This document shows positions 62,242 to 64,000 of a stretch of 64,000 nt of DNA, in pieces (position 1 is the first letter of the stretch; every line of letters begins with the position of its first letter). A program made the position numbers and the translations under genes. The DNA is from Narcine bancroftii (Eukaryota): the NCBI RefSeq assembly GCF_036971445.1, contig NC_091470.1, forward strand, positions 51,150,001 to 51,214,000, given 5' to 3'. The notes below the pieces were generated by a model. It was not told the DNA's origin. It saw only the letters and a list, made by a program, of their open reading frames with translations, and did no database searches.

Positions 62242-63306
62242 CAGGGGGGTAGCCAGGTTTTAACGTTAGGGGGAGCGAGCACATGACACATACTAGATGG
62301 TGAGTCAGTACTTGAATGACGGACTGCGCTGATTTTTCAGCAGTGTTAGACAAGAGGCAGGGTCGGGGGGGTGGGGGTTGGGGGAGGATGGGGGGAGGGG
62401 GTGATGGACAACTCTCCTGAGTCTATTGCAACGCAAGTAAAGTGGACAAACTTCCACAAGAGATAAACGGAGATTAGTTCTGTACTTAAACGTACATTAA
62501 TTCTGAATAAATGATGGGAATCCACAAACCACAGGAGTCTTCATAGTCTTACAGTGTGCACAACATTTTCGTGAAATGAATGATAATCTTTACTCAAATG
62601 AAACACGGAGAAAAGCATTGGGAAGAAAAGAGGAATAGGTTCAAAATTGAGAGAAGCCTAATTCTGTAACTGGTTATATAAATTAGAAAATCCCATGTTG
62701 TGCTGAGACCGATGTCATTTCTGCGATGGATGATAGGAGCTGTTGATCCTCATGCCTCTTCCTGCTTAATCTTTATTCGAAAATGAGCATGGACACAGTG
62801 GACAGTACAGATCGGGGCCACTGTTGGTCCTAGCCTGTGGCAGTGTCGCCAATGCAGCCAACCTGTGCCTCATTGAGGGGAGCCGAGACTGTGCCCATTC
62901 ACAACCCACGGACTCTAGGACCTGCCATGCTGCAACTCCAGTTGACTGACACCAAGGATTCTATCAAGCTTTTCGGGCGTCAGCTGGACTGTGTGGAACA
63001 AAAGTTGGGGGAAAATAAAAGTTTGTTTTCAGTTTACTGAAACATTTAACATTGTTGCTTTTTTTAAACTTGCTGAGTGAGAATGCGTTCATCCGTGACT
63101 CTGACCACATTTGAAGCGAGTGGATGGGGGTGTATGTGCAGCTCTTCATTCTCACCCAACTCCTGTGATGTATTAGTGGGCCACCAGCACATCACAGGAG
63201 ACTGAGGGGTGAGCACACAGTCCAAAAAGGGGCCACTTTTGAAGAATATGCTCGGAGGAGCAGTTGCTTTCTTCCCCCCACCCACCCACCCTCCACCTAC
63301 CCTTGC
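62242..63306. mobile_element. Possible non-autonomous hAT-like element
   Basis: Starts caggggggtagccagg and ends in the degenerate ctacccttg, with G-rich and C-rich subtermini. The TSD is not convincing. Confidence 0.3.
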
Positions 63307-64000
63307 CACCAGGTGCCAGATTCCCTTTGGACACTACCTTTGACTCCATTGATAATCTTGTGCTTCATCAGCAGTTTTGTGTTTGTGGAAATGTTAAACT
63401 CTTTCTTCTTTTTCCTGACGAATTGGCACATTCGTCTCCACAAGCATTGCTCACCTTCTGCTATCTTCACCGTTGATGGAACAGAACCGTTTCAGGGAAA
63501 ATTTAGTAAAGATACTCAAAACAACAAGGGAGTTAATGAGCAGAATATATTTTCAGGTTCTGTAACTAGAGTGTAAAGTTCAATAAATGGCCATGGGGAG
63601 AGGATGAATTTTTGGATATTATAATCATTTGGAATGTTCAATCATACTTTTCAAAAAGTATTTAGATATAGAGGAAAATTTTGCAATGATTCCCGGGAAG
63701 GATCAAGTGAATGGGACAGGAGTTGCCAATTCTGTGCTGAATAATTCTATGAATCTCTTTATTTGTGAGGCTTGGTGGCAGGGGTGCAATGCTGCCAGAT
63801 CTCACTAGAGCGGCGCTCCGGCACCTCAGAGAGCAGCTCCAGGTACCCCTTTGTTGTTGATTTTTGTGAGGTCTGGCACCTAAAAAATCAGCACTGCACC
63901 CCTGCTTGGTGGTCATTTAAGTTGGCTCCAACAAGCTGGGTGTCCTTCATGGATTCTACAGCTTTTCTGAGGAGCAATAGCCTGTTAGTCTTGGACCATG

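Noticed and set aside
1-64000. Host protein-coding exons among the short ORFs (e.g. 33661-33954, 52622-52912, 61917-62252)
   Set aside because: They have no recognisable domains or coherent splice chain, and their lengths fit chance. Small exons cannot be excluded without RNA-seq or homology search.

Overview
Eukaryotic, AT-rich, repeat-dense genomic DNA (intergenic or intronic), with no host protein-coding exon that I can support. HE1/V-type SINEs, Deu-domain SINEs, CR1 and Rex1/Babar LINEs and Penelope-type termini point to a cartilaginous fish such as a ray or shark; this is inference from repeat families recognised by eye. The dominant feature is a young RTE LINE family with 8 insertions between 14.7 and 48.3 kb, including a near full-length copy (35.1-38.6 kb). 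The most unusual object is a single TSD-bounded RTE insertion (41960-45667). It has a twin-priming-type 5' inversion, and its inverted arm carries about 0.9 kb of extra upstream sequence, including a CpG-rich 169-bp higher-order minisatellite. An L1 fragment (16499-17349) independently shows the same 5'-inversion architecture. The window also holds decayed Gypsy internal regions, solo LTRs, a hAT MITE, nested insertions, degenerate hammerhead-like motifs, short local duplications, hairpins and a 164-N gap. Boundaries of old, decayed repeats are approximate.
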